A stretch of 63,095 bases of DNA, the filler included, from Octopus bimaculoides (lineage: Eukaryota): assembly GCF_001194135.2 (NCBI RefSeq). It is 8 parts of 7 records of this genome, joined end to end, with 100 filler letters (N's around TTAATTAATTAA, not from the genome) between each part and the next. Parts side by side here need not be neighbours in the genome. Positions count along the whole stretch, not along the records: positions 8,936 to 18,153 come from NC_068987.1; positions 18,254 to 21,820 come from NW_026424848.1; positions 21,921 to 51,828 come from NC_068998.1; 5 more parts are not named here. One strand, given 5' to 3'. The notes beneath the pieces are model-generated. The model searched no databases. It was not told the DNA's origin and worked only from the letters and a program-made list of their open reading frames with translations. Position 1 is the stretch's first letter. Each line of letters opens with the position of its first letter. The position numbers and the translations under genes are program-made. Below are positions 12,982 through 24,025 of this stretch, piece after piece.

Positions 12982-13059
12982 CTGAATGCCTCCATTCTGT
13001 TCAGAAGTCTATGTAGCTGTATTTTAAAGCTATAGTTTTGGCACATTCCTCATAATCAT
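12982..13059 (-). CDS. Candidate symmetric 78-nt exon with an in-frame TGA: (D)DYEECAKTIALKYSYIDF*TEWRHS
   Basis: Acceptor gtcttttcttatag and donor CAG|gtaaaa. Phase 1-1, compatible with the neighbouring candidate exons. Confidence 0.25.
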
Positions 13060-13464
13060 CTATAAGAAAAGACTTTTATCCTAATTGGTAAAAACTAAGC
13101 TTTCAGATTAAATAATGTAACAGCTTCTTACATTATATGTAGCTTGTCTGTTATTAAAGTTTTAGCAAATGGCATATAATATATTAGAGACAAAAAATAT
13201 TTTTCTATTCAAGAAGCAGGAGATATATTAACACATTTGTTAATGGTAACTCATCTATGAAATTTAACAAGGACTTAGCAACTACTACAAAATATATACA
13301 TAAAATAAAGGGACAGAAATAAAGAAGCTAAAAGATGAAGATTTCTAAAGTTATGTTCATCCATTGATGGTCAGTGTAGTCAATGACTTTGACTATATGA
13401 GACTTCAACAGAAGACACATCCATGCAGGGGAACAGAGAATCACTACCCCTGTTTACACTATAC

Positions 13465-13525
13465 CTTCTGTGTGCTTGAACCAGTGAAAGTGGTAGTATT
13501 TCATTGTTGTGTGAAACCTGAACCA
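13465..13525 (-). CDS. Candidate exon: WFRFHTTMKYYHFHWFKHTE
   Basis: Strong acceptor tctttcatttcatttcag and donor AAG|gtatag. 61 nt, phase 0 to phase 1. Confidence 0.3.
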
Positions 13526-14689
13526 CTGAAATGAAATGAAAGACATAATGCATGTGGTGCCAATAAGTTTCATCCATCAGTAATCAATGAAGACTATCAC
13601 TGACTATGCAGTACTTCAACAAGAGATGCAGATATAGTATGTCACTAAATTAAATAAATGTGTGTATGTGTCTCAGATTTTTAAAATAATCTCTATAGTA
13701 CACTTTCTTAGAAAGCTATTTTCTACTTTCATTTGGAATTACATTCTGTTAGAGTGGGGAACCAATAATATTGAGGAGCATAGATGATTTTCAATGTGTA
13801 AAGTATATCTAATCAATAACAATTAATAGTATAATCATTATAATAAAAAAAGTAGTCATAAATTAATTAAAGAAACCATATTTTTATTCCTTAATTAAGG
13901 ATAAGGCCATATATTTTATTGGCGAAGAGAATAGGTTTATGTGATGTTTGTACCTTTCCTGAGGTGAGTAGACTTATCTCCTCAGGAGATTACCTCTTGT
14001 TTTTTGTTAGCTATGCTTACAATAATAATGATTTCTAATATTGGCACAAGACTACACTTTTGAAGGAAAGCAAGATTTGTTTATATTGATCTTAGTATTT
14101 GGCTGGTACTATATTTTATCAACCCAGGAAGGTTGAAAATCAAAGTTGACTCTGATGAGATCTGAACATGGAATATAAAGTAACAACTAAATCCTTCAGG
14201 ACATTTTATTTTGCTTGTCACCCTACGAACTCTGCCATGATTTTCAAGATCATGTGGGAGGGCTATAATTAGTTATATCAACTCCAATTGTTGATGGTTT
14301 TATTGACTTGGAAAGCAGAAAGGTAAAGTTGACCCTAGTGTAAGTTGAACACAATAAAGGGCCAATCAAGGGATAAAACTAAATGCCACAAGGCATTTTG
14401 TCAAGCACTCTACCAGTTCTGTTAACCCACCCACTCATTATTAAGGTAATGACAATAAAGACAGTGAGTAAGCTGGCAGAACATTTAGAGCATTGGAAAA
14501 ATTGCTTAGTGGTATTTCTTCTAACATTCTGAGTTCAAAACCTGCCAAGGTTAATTTTGCCTTTCATCCTCTTGGGACTCTTGAAATAGAATACCAGCCA
14601 AATAATGGACATGATGGTATTGATTAAGCTCCCTTCTCAAAATTATTAGCCTTGTGCCTTATTCAGAAGCCATTGAGATAATGAGGATA

Positions 14690-16031
14690 ACTGATTTTGA
14701 GGCTAATTTTGTAAGGAAAGTAATATAATGGACTGAACAGGCCTCAACAATAACAACATTCTGTTGGTGTCATAACTGTGATAGAATTTGTTCCTTTTTT
14801 CACTCTAGAAAATAATTTAGATTATTGAACAGATCCATCAGGTCTAATAGGAAAGTTTAGCATAAGTTACAGCCTGATGAATGGAAACTCTTTATTGACT
14901 CTTTGAAGAAAAGTCTTCAAGATGCTCTACTGCATAATGATAATAAATATGCTTCCATCTCTGTTGGACACTTAGTGATCATGAAGGAAACATGAAAATT
15001 TGGTGTCATTCTTACACAAGATTAAATTCAAAGATCACAGCTAAATGATTTGCAGGAACTTGGAAATAATTTGCAGTTGCTTGGACAACAGTCAAGCTAC
15101 ACAAAGATTCCTTGTTTCTTATGTGAATTGGACAGTAGAATCAGGAGCCTCTATTTGTGTAAAAAAAATATTGGCGAAGTAGGGATATGCTTACATCAGG
15201 AATAAAGAATATCCTTTGAGAAAGTTTTGCTCCATCTTTATATAAAACATGGTTTCATGAAGCAATTCATAAAAGCTTTGCCACAGGATGGAGAGGTCTT
15301 CAAGTTTTTCTGTAGCAAATGTCCAGGTTGAAGAGGGTGTATTTGCAAGATATAAGGAAACTTGTCAAGGATGAAAATTTTGAAAATTTCTCTTAGTGAT
15401 TCTTATAAAGATGCCTGGATTAATTTTAACGATGTGATAAAAAAACTTCTAGGGTAATCACAAAGATCCAAACTACAAAGACATAGTGGGAAGAATACTG
15501 GAAAATTTGGAGGCTTTGGAATGTAAAATGTGCATTAAAGTTCATTTCCTAAATGCCCATTAGGATTTCTTTCTGGAAAATCTCGGTAATGTGAGTAAAG
15601 AGCAAGGAAAAAGGTTTCATTAAGACAGAAAGGAGATGGAAAGAAAATATCAGGGAAGATGGAATGTCAATATGATGTCAATATGAATGTCCAAATGCTC
15701 ACAAGAGGTATAACTTCCAAGTGGAAAAGAAGAGATTTTCAGGTGCTGAACCAAAGGATGAATGGAAAAATCTACTTTCTCACACTTCAATTGCATTTGT
15801 GCCATTTTATTTTGCTAAATAAAGTACCAAATTAATTTTTATTAGTTTCATTTTGTCCTACCGTTTGCAGATTTACCTACAAATTATGGTATATTTTAGC
15901 ATTAAGTTATGAGAAAACCTTAGGTAAGGGAAAGTGCTTGTTTGATATTTTGAATTAGCACCACAAAAATATATAGAGTAACATACAATTATCAAAACAA
16001 TTTTCAAAATGTTCCATTTTGTAAACCTATG
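14690..16031 (+). mobile_element. Chapaev3-like (CMC superfamily) DNA transposon fossil
   Basis: Frameshifted translation: PDEWKLFIDSLKKSLQDALLHNDNK...LLGQQSSYTKIPCFLCELDSR...LYIKHGFMKQFIKALPQDGE...HKDPNYKDIVGRILEN...VSKEQGKRFH..RKEMERKYQGRWNVNMM. It ends ...TTTTGTAAACCTATG. The family label is from recall of these motifs. Confidence 0.72.
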
Positions 16032-16280
16032 CAATAAATAAAAAATGCTGATGAAAAGGAATTTTGGAAGCGAGGATATATGATGTCCATATATAAGAAA
16101 AGAAATATCTTGGCTTATGTTGCATTCTACGGATTACATAGATTCTAGAAAAAACATGGAATGCATTAGAGAATAAAACGATTTTCTAGAATCTTTGAAA
16201 ATAATAAAATCGTTTGAAAATAATAAAATCGTTTGAAAACAAAAAAAAAAAACAAAAAAGGGAAAAAGCAATAATATCAC

Positions 16281-16336
16281 ATTTTTTCTTTCTTTGGTTT
16301 GACTTGGTGATAATGCATCATTCTTTATCAAGGTTT
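16281..16336 (-). CDS. Candidate exon: (E)TLIKNDALSPSQTKERKN
   Basis: Very strong acceptor ttttcattttgtttctttgcag but a weak donor AAT|gtgata. Phase 1 to phase 0. Confidence 0.22.
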
Positions 16337-18068
16337 CTGCAAAGAAACAAAATGAAAAGTACAATTTATTATGTAAGTGTGAAAGAGAGAAGTAAATTTC
16401 TTTCCAGGACAGAGCAGTTGAAAAGTTTACTTTCCAGTAACATGGTTTAGGGTTCAGTCAACCAAAGCCTTGTGAGTTACTAGCAGATAGTAACTGAAAG
16501 AAGCCCATTGTGTATGTATATGCACGTGCATGCACACATGTGAGCTGGTCTATGCGTGTATGTATGTTTGCGTTTTCTTGTCATGACATCCTGTGATTTG
16601 TAAATAAGGGTCTACTTCATACAAACAGTGTCATTCATTTCCAATATTCTGCAAAATCATGTCTGACCATGAGGAAATATTACCTAAGTTGGAAACAGGT
16701 GACTATTGGCAGCAGGAAGGGTGTATGGCTGGAGAAAATCTGTTTCAATAAATTCCATGAAAAAGTGAACATTAAAATGGTGATGATGATGATGATATAA
16801 TATAAATTTGTTGAAACGAACTCCTCTGTCTAGTTGTCTATACTGTCCAGATTCAGCTCTTGTCTTTGAGTATCATTTGTGATTTATTTCGCTTTACACC
16901 TCAGTGTTGTCCACATAATTGAATACTGTTGTGGAGTGACTCTCCGTCATTTACAGGAAGTCAATCCACAACAGTATTCAGTTATGTGATGAAGAATAAA
17001 ATATGTCTGAGAATGAAGAATGTGATGAAAAATAAGATATGTCTGAGAATAGTCTTTTATAAGAGCCAAAAAAATTATAAGAGATTTCATTGAGAGCATG
17101 GTTTTAGCTTCAAGTATTGGAATTTTTATGGAAGTTGGAAAGATCTCATTTTTGTTTACAGATACCAAAGTATCCCAATTTATTACATGAAAAATACCAG
17201 TCAAATTTGTCAAAATCCATCACATAATTTAAAGAACTACTGTAAATATTTGTTCAATGGGAGTTCAATGATTTGACAGACTACAGAGAGAAAGATGTAG
17301 CAAGTAGTTATGTTTGGTATGGAAATAATGCTGCATATTACTGAAGAAATTGTTGTTAAGATGCATGTAAATATGATACAGGACTGCACCTTGCAATGCC
17401 AACAAATAACTTCTGATCCATGGGATGAGAGACAGAAAAAGTCAAAAACAACCAACTTAGGATTAGATGTTTTTGTATTAGATATGGTCAAAGGCAATAA
17501 TACTGCATTCACCAGAGCTCTTACAGTAGGTGCATGGTATAAAGAAATAAGTCAATAGTTGACTTCAAATAATGCACATACATAAATGAAATGCATACAG
17601 ACAGACGAAATAAAATTTTGTTGGAAACAGGAAAGAATGAGGAGAGAAAAAGAGAGAAATTGGTCAAAAACAATGACAATGATACCTGAATAATAAAATC
17701 AGGAATGTAGATTCTTTCTCTTTGCTACCTTGCACTTTTATAATATTTATATTTCAGACGATGGCAGTTTATTCTGTGAAAGAGATTGCAAAAGGAAAAA
17801 GGAAAAAAAAAGAATCAGAACTTATGATAAAACACCAAGTAGCTGAGATTGCTAAAGTGTTTTGAGATGGGCCTGGGATTTTAGAAAATGTAAAATAGGT
17901 ATACACATGGCTGTGTGATTAAGAAGCTTGCTTCCAAGCCTTGAGTTCAGTCATAATGCATGCCACCTAAGGCAAATGTTTTCTACTATAACCCCATTAC
18001 TGACCAAAGCCTTGTGAGTGGACTTGATAGATGGAAACTGAAAGACACCTGTTGAATATGTGTGTGTG

Positions 18069-18153
<85 letters not shown>

Positions 18154-18253
18154 NNNNNNNNNNNNNNNNNNNNNNNNNNNNNNNNNNNNNNNNNNNNTTA
18201 ATTAATTAANNNNNNNNNNNNNNNNNNNNNNNNNNNNNNNNNNNNNNNNNNNN

Positions 18254-18400
18254 GAAGAAGAAGAAGAAGAAGAAGAAGAAGAAGAAGAAGAAAACGAAGA
18301 AGAAGAAGAAGAAGAAGGAGAAGAAGAAGAAGAAGAAGAAGGAGAAGAAGAAGAAGAAGAAGAAGAAGAAGAAGATGAAGAAGAAGAAGAAGAAGAATAA
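18254..18400 (+). repeat. (GAA)n microsatellite
   Basis: Direct reading; it abuts a linker gap. Confidence 0.95.
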
Positions 18401-18429
18401 CAACAAGAACAGCAATGTACACACGCACA

Positions 18430-19550
18430 CACACACACATACATCAAGTCGAAAGGTGAAACTCACAGTAATGATGCGTAAAAAGAGAGACAGGGGCCGA
18501 TTTACAATTCCCTCTGTGTGTCTCTGCATGTAAAATGTCGGAACAGATGTCACCAGTGGACTAGAAAATTCGTGTACCGGTAACCCGAACGTGGGCTAAA
18601 CTAGTATTCAATTTGATCGTAGCTAAATTTGACCTCTCGGTGACGTTTGAACACAACATCCTAATAGTCGCCCAAAATATATACCCCAAGTCGTTCCGCC
18701 CAACGCTCTGACGATTCCACCAACATATATCACATTTCAGATATGCTGAAACGTAATACGGGATGGTCACACATGGAGCAACTTTGATCATAAGCCATAA
18801 GTCAACACGTTTGTGGGCCGGTTATTGTAATTGTAGCATTTCGTTATATAAACTCTTTGTTAAGCTCTTGTTAAACTTTGTTAAACTCCTTGTCATAGGC
18901 GCAGGAGTGGCTGTGTGGTAAGTAGCTAGCTTACCAACCGCATGGTTCCGGGTTCAGTCCCACTGCGTGGCACCTTGGGCAAGTGTCTTCCACTATAGCC
19001 TCGGGTGGACCAAAGCCTTGTGAGTGGATTTGGTCGACGGAAACTGAAAGAAGCCTGTCGTATATATATATATATATATATATATNNNNNNNNNNNNNNN
19101 NNNNNNNNNNNNNNNNNNNNNNNNNNNNNNNNNNNNNNNNNNNNNNNNNNNNNNNNNNNNNNNNNNNNNNNNNNNNNNNNNNNNNNNNNNNNNNNNNNNN
19201 NNNNNNNNNNNNNNNNNNNATGTATGTATGTATGTGTGTGTATATGTTTGTGTGTCTGTGTTTGTCCCCCCCCAACCGATGCTGGTGTGTTTACGTCCCC
19301 GTAACTTAGCGGTTCGGCAAAAATGACAGATAGAATAAGTACTAGGCTTACAAAGAATAAGTCCTGGGGGTCGATTTGCTCGACTAAAGGCGGTGCTCCA
19401 GCATGGCCGCAGTCAAATGACTGAAACAAGTAAAAGAGTAAAAGAGTTAGTAATGTAAATCGCCATCTTTTGATGTTGTAGCCTGCGATCGACACCGCCA
19501 TTTTGGTTACTGTGATTTTTATTTTCGTCATTGCTTTTCATAGAATCAGT
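18430..19550. promoter_or_regulatory. CpG-rich segment with promoter-like features
   Basis: CpG density is high relative to the flanks. YY1-type CGCCAT(C/T)TT motifs at 19461 and 19496 read AAGATGGCG / AAAATGGCG on the minus strand. There is a minus-strand donor ACT|GTGAGT at 18467/18466. Confidence 0.35.
18895..19446 (+). mobile_element. tRNA-derived SINE, family A (internal TA/TG microsatellite, (TAAAAGAG)n tail); young, CpG-intact copy
   Basis: AGGCGCAGGAGTGGCTGTGTGGTAAG...GGGTTCAGTCCCAC...GGCGGTGCTCCAGCATGGCCGCAGTCAAATGACTGAAACAAGTAAAAGAG. Partial copies at ~7500-7640, 8710-8795, 11330-11510(-), 12330-12450(-), 17900-18060, 19805-19960, 21400-21600(-), 40388-40510 and 50405-50640(-). Confidence 0.9.
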
Positions 19551-19629
19551 TCTCATCCAGGCGATGAAGGAGATAAGATGCTCCATTTTTTGATAAGTGG
19601 AATGAATAGTTTAAGCTTCTCGTTTTCTC

Positions 19630-19740
19630 CTGGTTTTCCTACAGAGCTAACCATGTGCTCAGAGTCTGGTCTTCCTACAGAGCTAACCATGTGCTCAGAG
19701 TCTGGTTTTCCTACAGAGCTAACCATGTGCTCAGAGTCTG
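19630..19740 (+). repeat. 36-bp unit x3 tandem repeat
   Basis: CTGGTTTTCCTACAGAGCTAACCATGTGCTCAGAGT at 19630, 19666 (one substitution) and 19702. Confidence 0.97.
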
Positions 19741-20159
19741 AATAATTAGTTAACCTTATTTTAAATACTGTGTACTTTAATTGATACACAAATATACATA
19801 CATGACGCAGCGGTTCGACAAAAAAAAAAGACCAATAGAATTAGTATAAGGCTTGAAAAAGAAAGTAAGTGCTTGGGCTGATTCAATGGGCTGATTCATT
19901 CTTCAAGGCGGTGCTCCAGTATGACCGCAGTCTAATAACTGGGACAAGTAAAAAAAAAAGATTAAAGATGAAAAATAATTAATACGTTATATCACTTTTA
20001 ATTAATTACACTTCGGGTGGGTCATCACGTGCGTACTTCTTAATTGGCAAAGTTAAACATTCATTATCTTACTCGCTTTGGGCCTTGAAAATAAGGTCCC
20101 CACCGCTAATCAGCCCAAGAAATATTTCGTACCGAATTACTTGCTAACTCTATACAATG

Positions 20160-20280
20160 GAGGCACGTGGTTTAGTGGTTAGGGTGCTGGACTTATGAAC
20201 GTAAGATTGTACTTTCGATCCCTGGATCGGGCAATCCGTTGGTGTTCTTGAACAAAACATTTAATTTTACATTGAATCAG
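20160..20280 (+). mobile_element. tRNA-derived SINE head, family C
   Basis: GGCACGTGGTTTAGTGGTTAGGGTG...TTCGATCCCTGGATCGGG. Related copies at ~25945-26040, 42990-43110 and 53330-53515(-). Confidence 0.6.
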
Positions 20281-20339
20281 TGCTTGGAAGGAAGGTGTGT
20301 AGCGTGTGATCGTCGCATTGACCATTCAGGAGAAAGATG

Positions 20340-20812
20340 TCATGGCGATACCTGCTCAGAGGCCTACGCAAAGTTGCAGAAAGTGTATGGAGAGGAGTGT
20401 ATGAGCCGCGCAGAAGTGTACGAGTGGTTCAGACGTTTCCAAGATGGCCGTTCCGGGACGAACATTCTGGGACACCTGCAACCAGCAGAACTGAGAAAAA
20501 CATCACAGATGTGCTTGTAGGTGTGAGGGGAAATCGTTGAATCACCATCCGTGAGTTATGAGAGGATGTGCAGATTAGTTACGGTTCAGTGCAGTCCATT
20601 ATCACTGAAGATTTGGGTATGAGACGCGCGTCTGCCAAGTTTGTACCAAAACTGCTTTCAGCTGACCAAAAAGACACACAGGTTTCAGTTGCACAAGATC
20701 TCCTTGATTGTGTCGAGAACGATGAAAACTTTGGGAAAAACATTGCGTAGCCCTCTGAGCAGGTAGCGCCAAGCTTTTGGCAAAATTTGATGCAGATTCT
20801 CTGTTCAGCTTT
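20340..20812 (+). mobile_element. Mariner transposase N-terminal fragment with an inverted second copy
   Basis: Plus strand: DTCSEAYAKLQKVYGEECMSRAEVYEWFRRFQDGR...MQISYGSVQSIITEDLGMRRASAKFVPKLLSADQK...ENDENF. Minus strand 20741-20812: KAEQRICIKFCQKLGATCSEGYA. Confidence 0.9.
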
Positions 20813-21920
20813 NNNNNNNNNNNNNNNNNNNNNNNNNNNNNNNNNNNNNNNNNNNNNNNNNNNNNNNNNNNNNNNNNNNNNNNNNNNNNNNNNNNNNNNN
20901 NNNNNNNNNNNNNNNNNNNNNNNNNNNNNNNNNNNNNNNNNNNNNNNNNNNNNNNNNNNNNNNNNNNNNNNNNNNNNNNNNNNNNNNNNNNNNNNNNNNN
21001 NNNNNNNNNNNNNNNNNNNNNNNNNNNNNNNNNNNNNNNNNNNNNNNNNNNNNNNNNNNNNNNNNNNNNNNNNNNNNNNNNNNNNNNNNNNNNNNNNNNN
21101 NNNNNNNNNNNNNNNNNNNNNNNNNNNNNNNNNNNNNNNNNNNNNNNNNNNNNNNNNNNNNNNNNNNNNNNNNNNNNNNNNNNNNNNNNNNNNNNNNNNN
21201 NNNNNNNNNNNNNNNNNNNNNNNNNNNNNNNNNNNNNNNNNNNNNNNNNNNNNNNNNNNNNNNNNNNNNNNNNNNNNNNNNNNNNNNNNNNNNNNNNNNN
21301 NNNNNNNNNNNNNNNNNNNNNNNNNNATATATATATATATATATATATACATACATATACATATATATATATATGTGTGTGTGTGGGGGGGCATGTGTGT
21401 AGGTATGTATACATACGACAGGCTTCTTTCAGTTTCCATCTACCAAATCCACTCACAAGGCTTTGGTCGGTTCGAGGCTATAGTATAAGACTCTCGACCC
21501 CAAGGTGACACGCAGTGGGACTGAACGCGCAACCATGTGGTTCGGAAGCAAGCCTCTCACACCACAGCCAGGCCTACGCCTATAGAACAGCCACGCCTGC
21601 GTCTAGATGCACGTAATGACACGAAGTGTGATTAATTAAAAGTGATATAATGCGTTAATTAGCGAAATATTAATAATGTTTTAAATATCATTATGAAGTT
21701 TTGAAAGGCATTAATATTAAATTACTGTATGTGTATATGGCAAAACGTTACCATGCCGGACAAAATGCTCAGCGGCATTTCGTCCGTCTTTGCGTTCTGA
21801 GTTCAAATTCCGCCGAGGTCNNNNNNNNNNNNNNNNNNNNNNNNNNNNNNNNNNNNNNNNNNNNTTAATTAATTAANNNNNNNNNNNNNNNNNNNNNNNN
21901 NNNNNNNNNNNNNNNNNNNN

Positions 21921-21997
<77 letters not shown>

Positions 21998-22062
21998 TGC
22001 CTCATTGCAGTTAATAATTCTGGCATGGATTACCAAGTAGAGCAGGTTATGTGTTCTCTTAC

Positions 22063-22155
22063 CATTTATCAAAATGATCTTGTACTGCACTGCAGCAGCA
22101 ACTATGGCAGTAACCATGCTTGCAGCTGAGATTTATATTATCTTCTGAAAGAGGA
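22063..22155 (-). CDS. Candidate exon encoding part of a RING finger (C3HC4/RBR RING1-like): PLSEDNINLSCKHGYCHSCCCSAVQDHFDK
   Basis: Acceptor ttttgtctttaaatcccacag (alternative ctctttcag at 22144) and strong donor ATG|gtaaga. 93 nt, phase 2-2, with C-x-H-x2-C-x2-C spacing. The other RING ligands were not found. Confidence 0.48.
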
Positions 22156-23604
22156 CTGTGGGATTTAAAGACAAAATAATCTTCCTAGCCACATTGATAA
22201 GAGTAACATTGGTATTGTAAGGCCTAGCTGGCAGGAAGCCAAATAAACTGCTCTTGTTTTTTTGTTTTTTTTTCCTTTAACTTTGTATTTTTGCTCATTT
22301 TTCTATTTGCTATCTTTTCTCTCTGTTTCATGAATTGTAAGGTGTTATAAATTTCCAGATTCACTGAAATGGTTGGAGAAAGTAGGGTATAGCTGTATGC
22401 TTGTCTTAATGCATTAAATTTAAAAGCCTTTTTACTATGGTTAGATAATGTTAGTGAACTTGAAGATGTTCATGATGAGGATGATGGCTACGATGGTATG
22501 AATGATGAGGATGACGTTAATAGTGGTGACAACAGTAATTTTGATGATAAAACTGAAGATAGTAATGGTCATATGAATGAATCGACATTGTTGTCATTGT
22601 CATCATCATTATCATGATGATGCAGTGATATGAAGTGACATAAGTTCAGTTATACTTCATATTGCTATATTTGTCTGAACTACTAAGGAGTTAGATTGCC
22701 ACTAGTAAGATCAATGGTGTGTTGTTTATCTTCTTGGTTATAATTCTCTATTATGTTCAAAGTAGTAGTCCATGCCACCTAACACAAAATATGTACTATA
22801 GATTCTGTAACTCTCAGAAATATCCCTTGAGAGCACTTTAAAATGACAGTTGTATCATACATGTGAGGTCAAATAAAAAAATATAAACTTGACATAAGGA
22901 AGATAACATAAAAGTAAGGAAGTAGAGAGAAGAAGAAGAAGAAGAAGAAAATTCTGCCAGTGGAAGAACAAAATCAAGAATACAACTATAGAAAAAGATA
23001 TATGGCACCTTGGTCAAGTGTCTTTTCCTTTCCATAGGCCTCAAGACACTTATGCCTTGTGATTGGATTTGTTGATTAGATGAAGGTTTTCTTAGATCTA
23101 TCCATAATTTATTAAAGGGTAATAAATGTTAGTGGTTAGTATCATTGTTAGTTCATAAGTTTTGTGAGTACAAATGTGACACGTTGGATTTTTCTCAGAG
23201 TATTCACGAAAGGGAGATTAAATTTAGTGGGTAGTGTCAAATTTTCAACTGTTTTGGAGAAGTTGGGTTAATATAAATTTTCTATCAGTATATGCCTATA
23301 TGTTTCTATTCAATGAAATAGCAGCTCTGAACAAGGAAACATTACACAATAGCAGTTAGATAGAAAAAGGCTATACCAAAAATAAACAAAAATATGAAAA
23401 CAGGAAAAGAAAGATTATCTGGGTTAATCCACTCTTCAAAAGTCTTTATATAAAGAAGTTTTATGGGGTTCATTTGGTGGATGAAGTGATGTACATGTAA
23501 AGTAGAAGTGGTGTTAATTAGGAGAAATAAGTCATTGCATAAGAAAGGGGTGGAAAAGGAGAGGAAAGAAGTATACATTTACAGGATGACATGTGTATAT
23601 CATA

Positions 23605-23844
23605 TTCTTTTATTCTTTTACTTGTTTCAGTCATTTTGACTGTGGCCATGCTGGAGCACCACCTCTAGTTGAACAAATTGACTCCAGGACTTATTCTTTG
23701 TAAGCCTTGTGCTTATTCTATTGATCTCTTTTACCGAACTGCTAAGTTATGGAGACATAAACACACCGATATTGGTTATCAAGTGATGGTGGGGGACAAA
23801 CACAGACACACAAATACACACATGCTCGTACGCACACACACATG

Positions 23845-23890
<46 letters not shown>

Positions 23891-24025
23891 TATACGATGG
23901 GCTTTTCCGTCTACCAAATCCACTCACAAGGCTTTGGTCTGTCCGAGGTGCCACGCAGTGGGACTGAACCATGAACCATGTAGTTGGGAAGCAAGCTTCT
24001 TACCACACAGCCACTCCTGTGCCTA
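23605..24025 (-). mobile_element. SINE family A, near full-length, CpG-decayed
   Basis: Reverse complement of the 18895-19446 element, with many CpG to TpG/CpA changes. Confidence 0.88.

Noticed and set aside
17310-17558. 82-aa ORF MFGMEIMLHITEE... as a piggyBac or host gene fragment
   Set aside because: Only a vague resemblance, with no diagnostic motif.
17758-17850. Plus-strand acceptor followed by DDGSLFCERDCKRKKEKKRIRTYDKTPSS*
   Set aside because: Plausible terminal exon, but no supporting upstream exons, and it conflicts with the minus-strand candidates.
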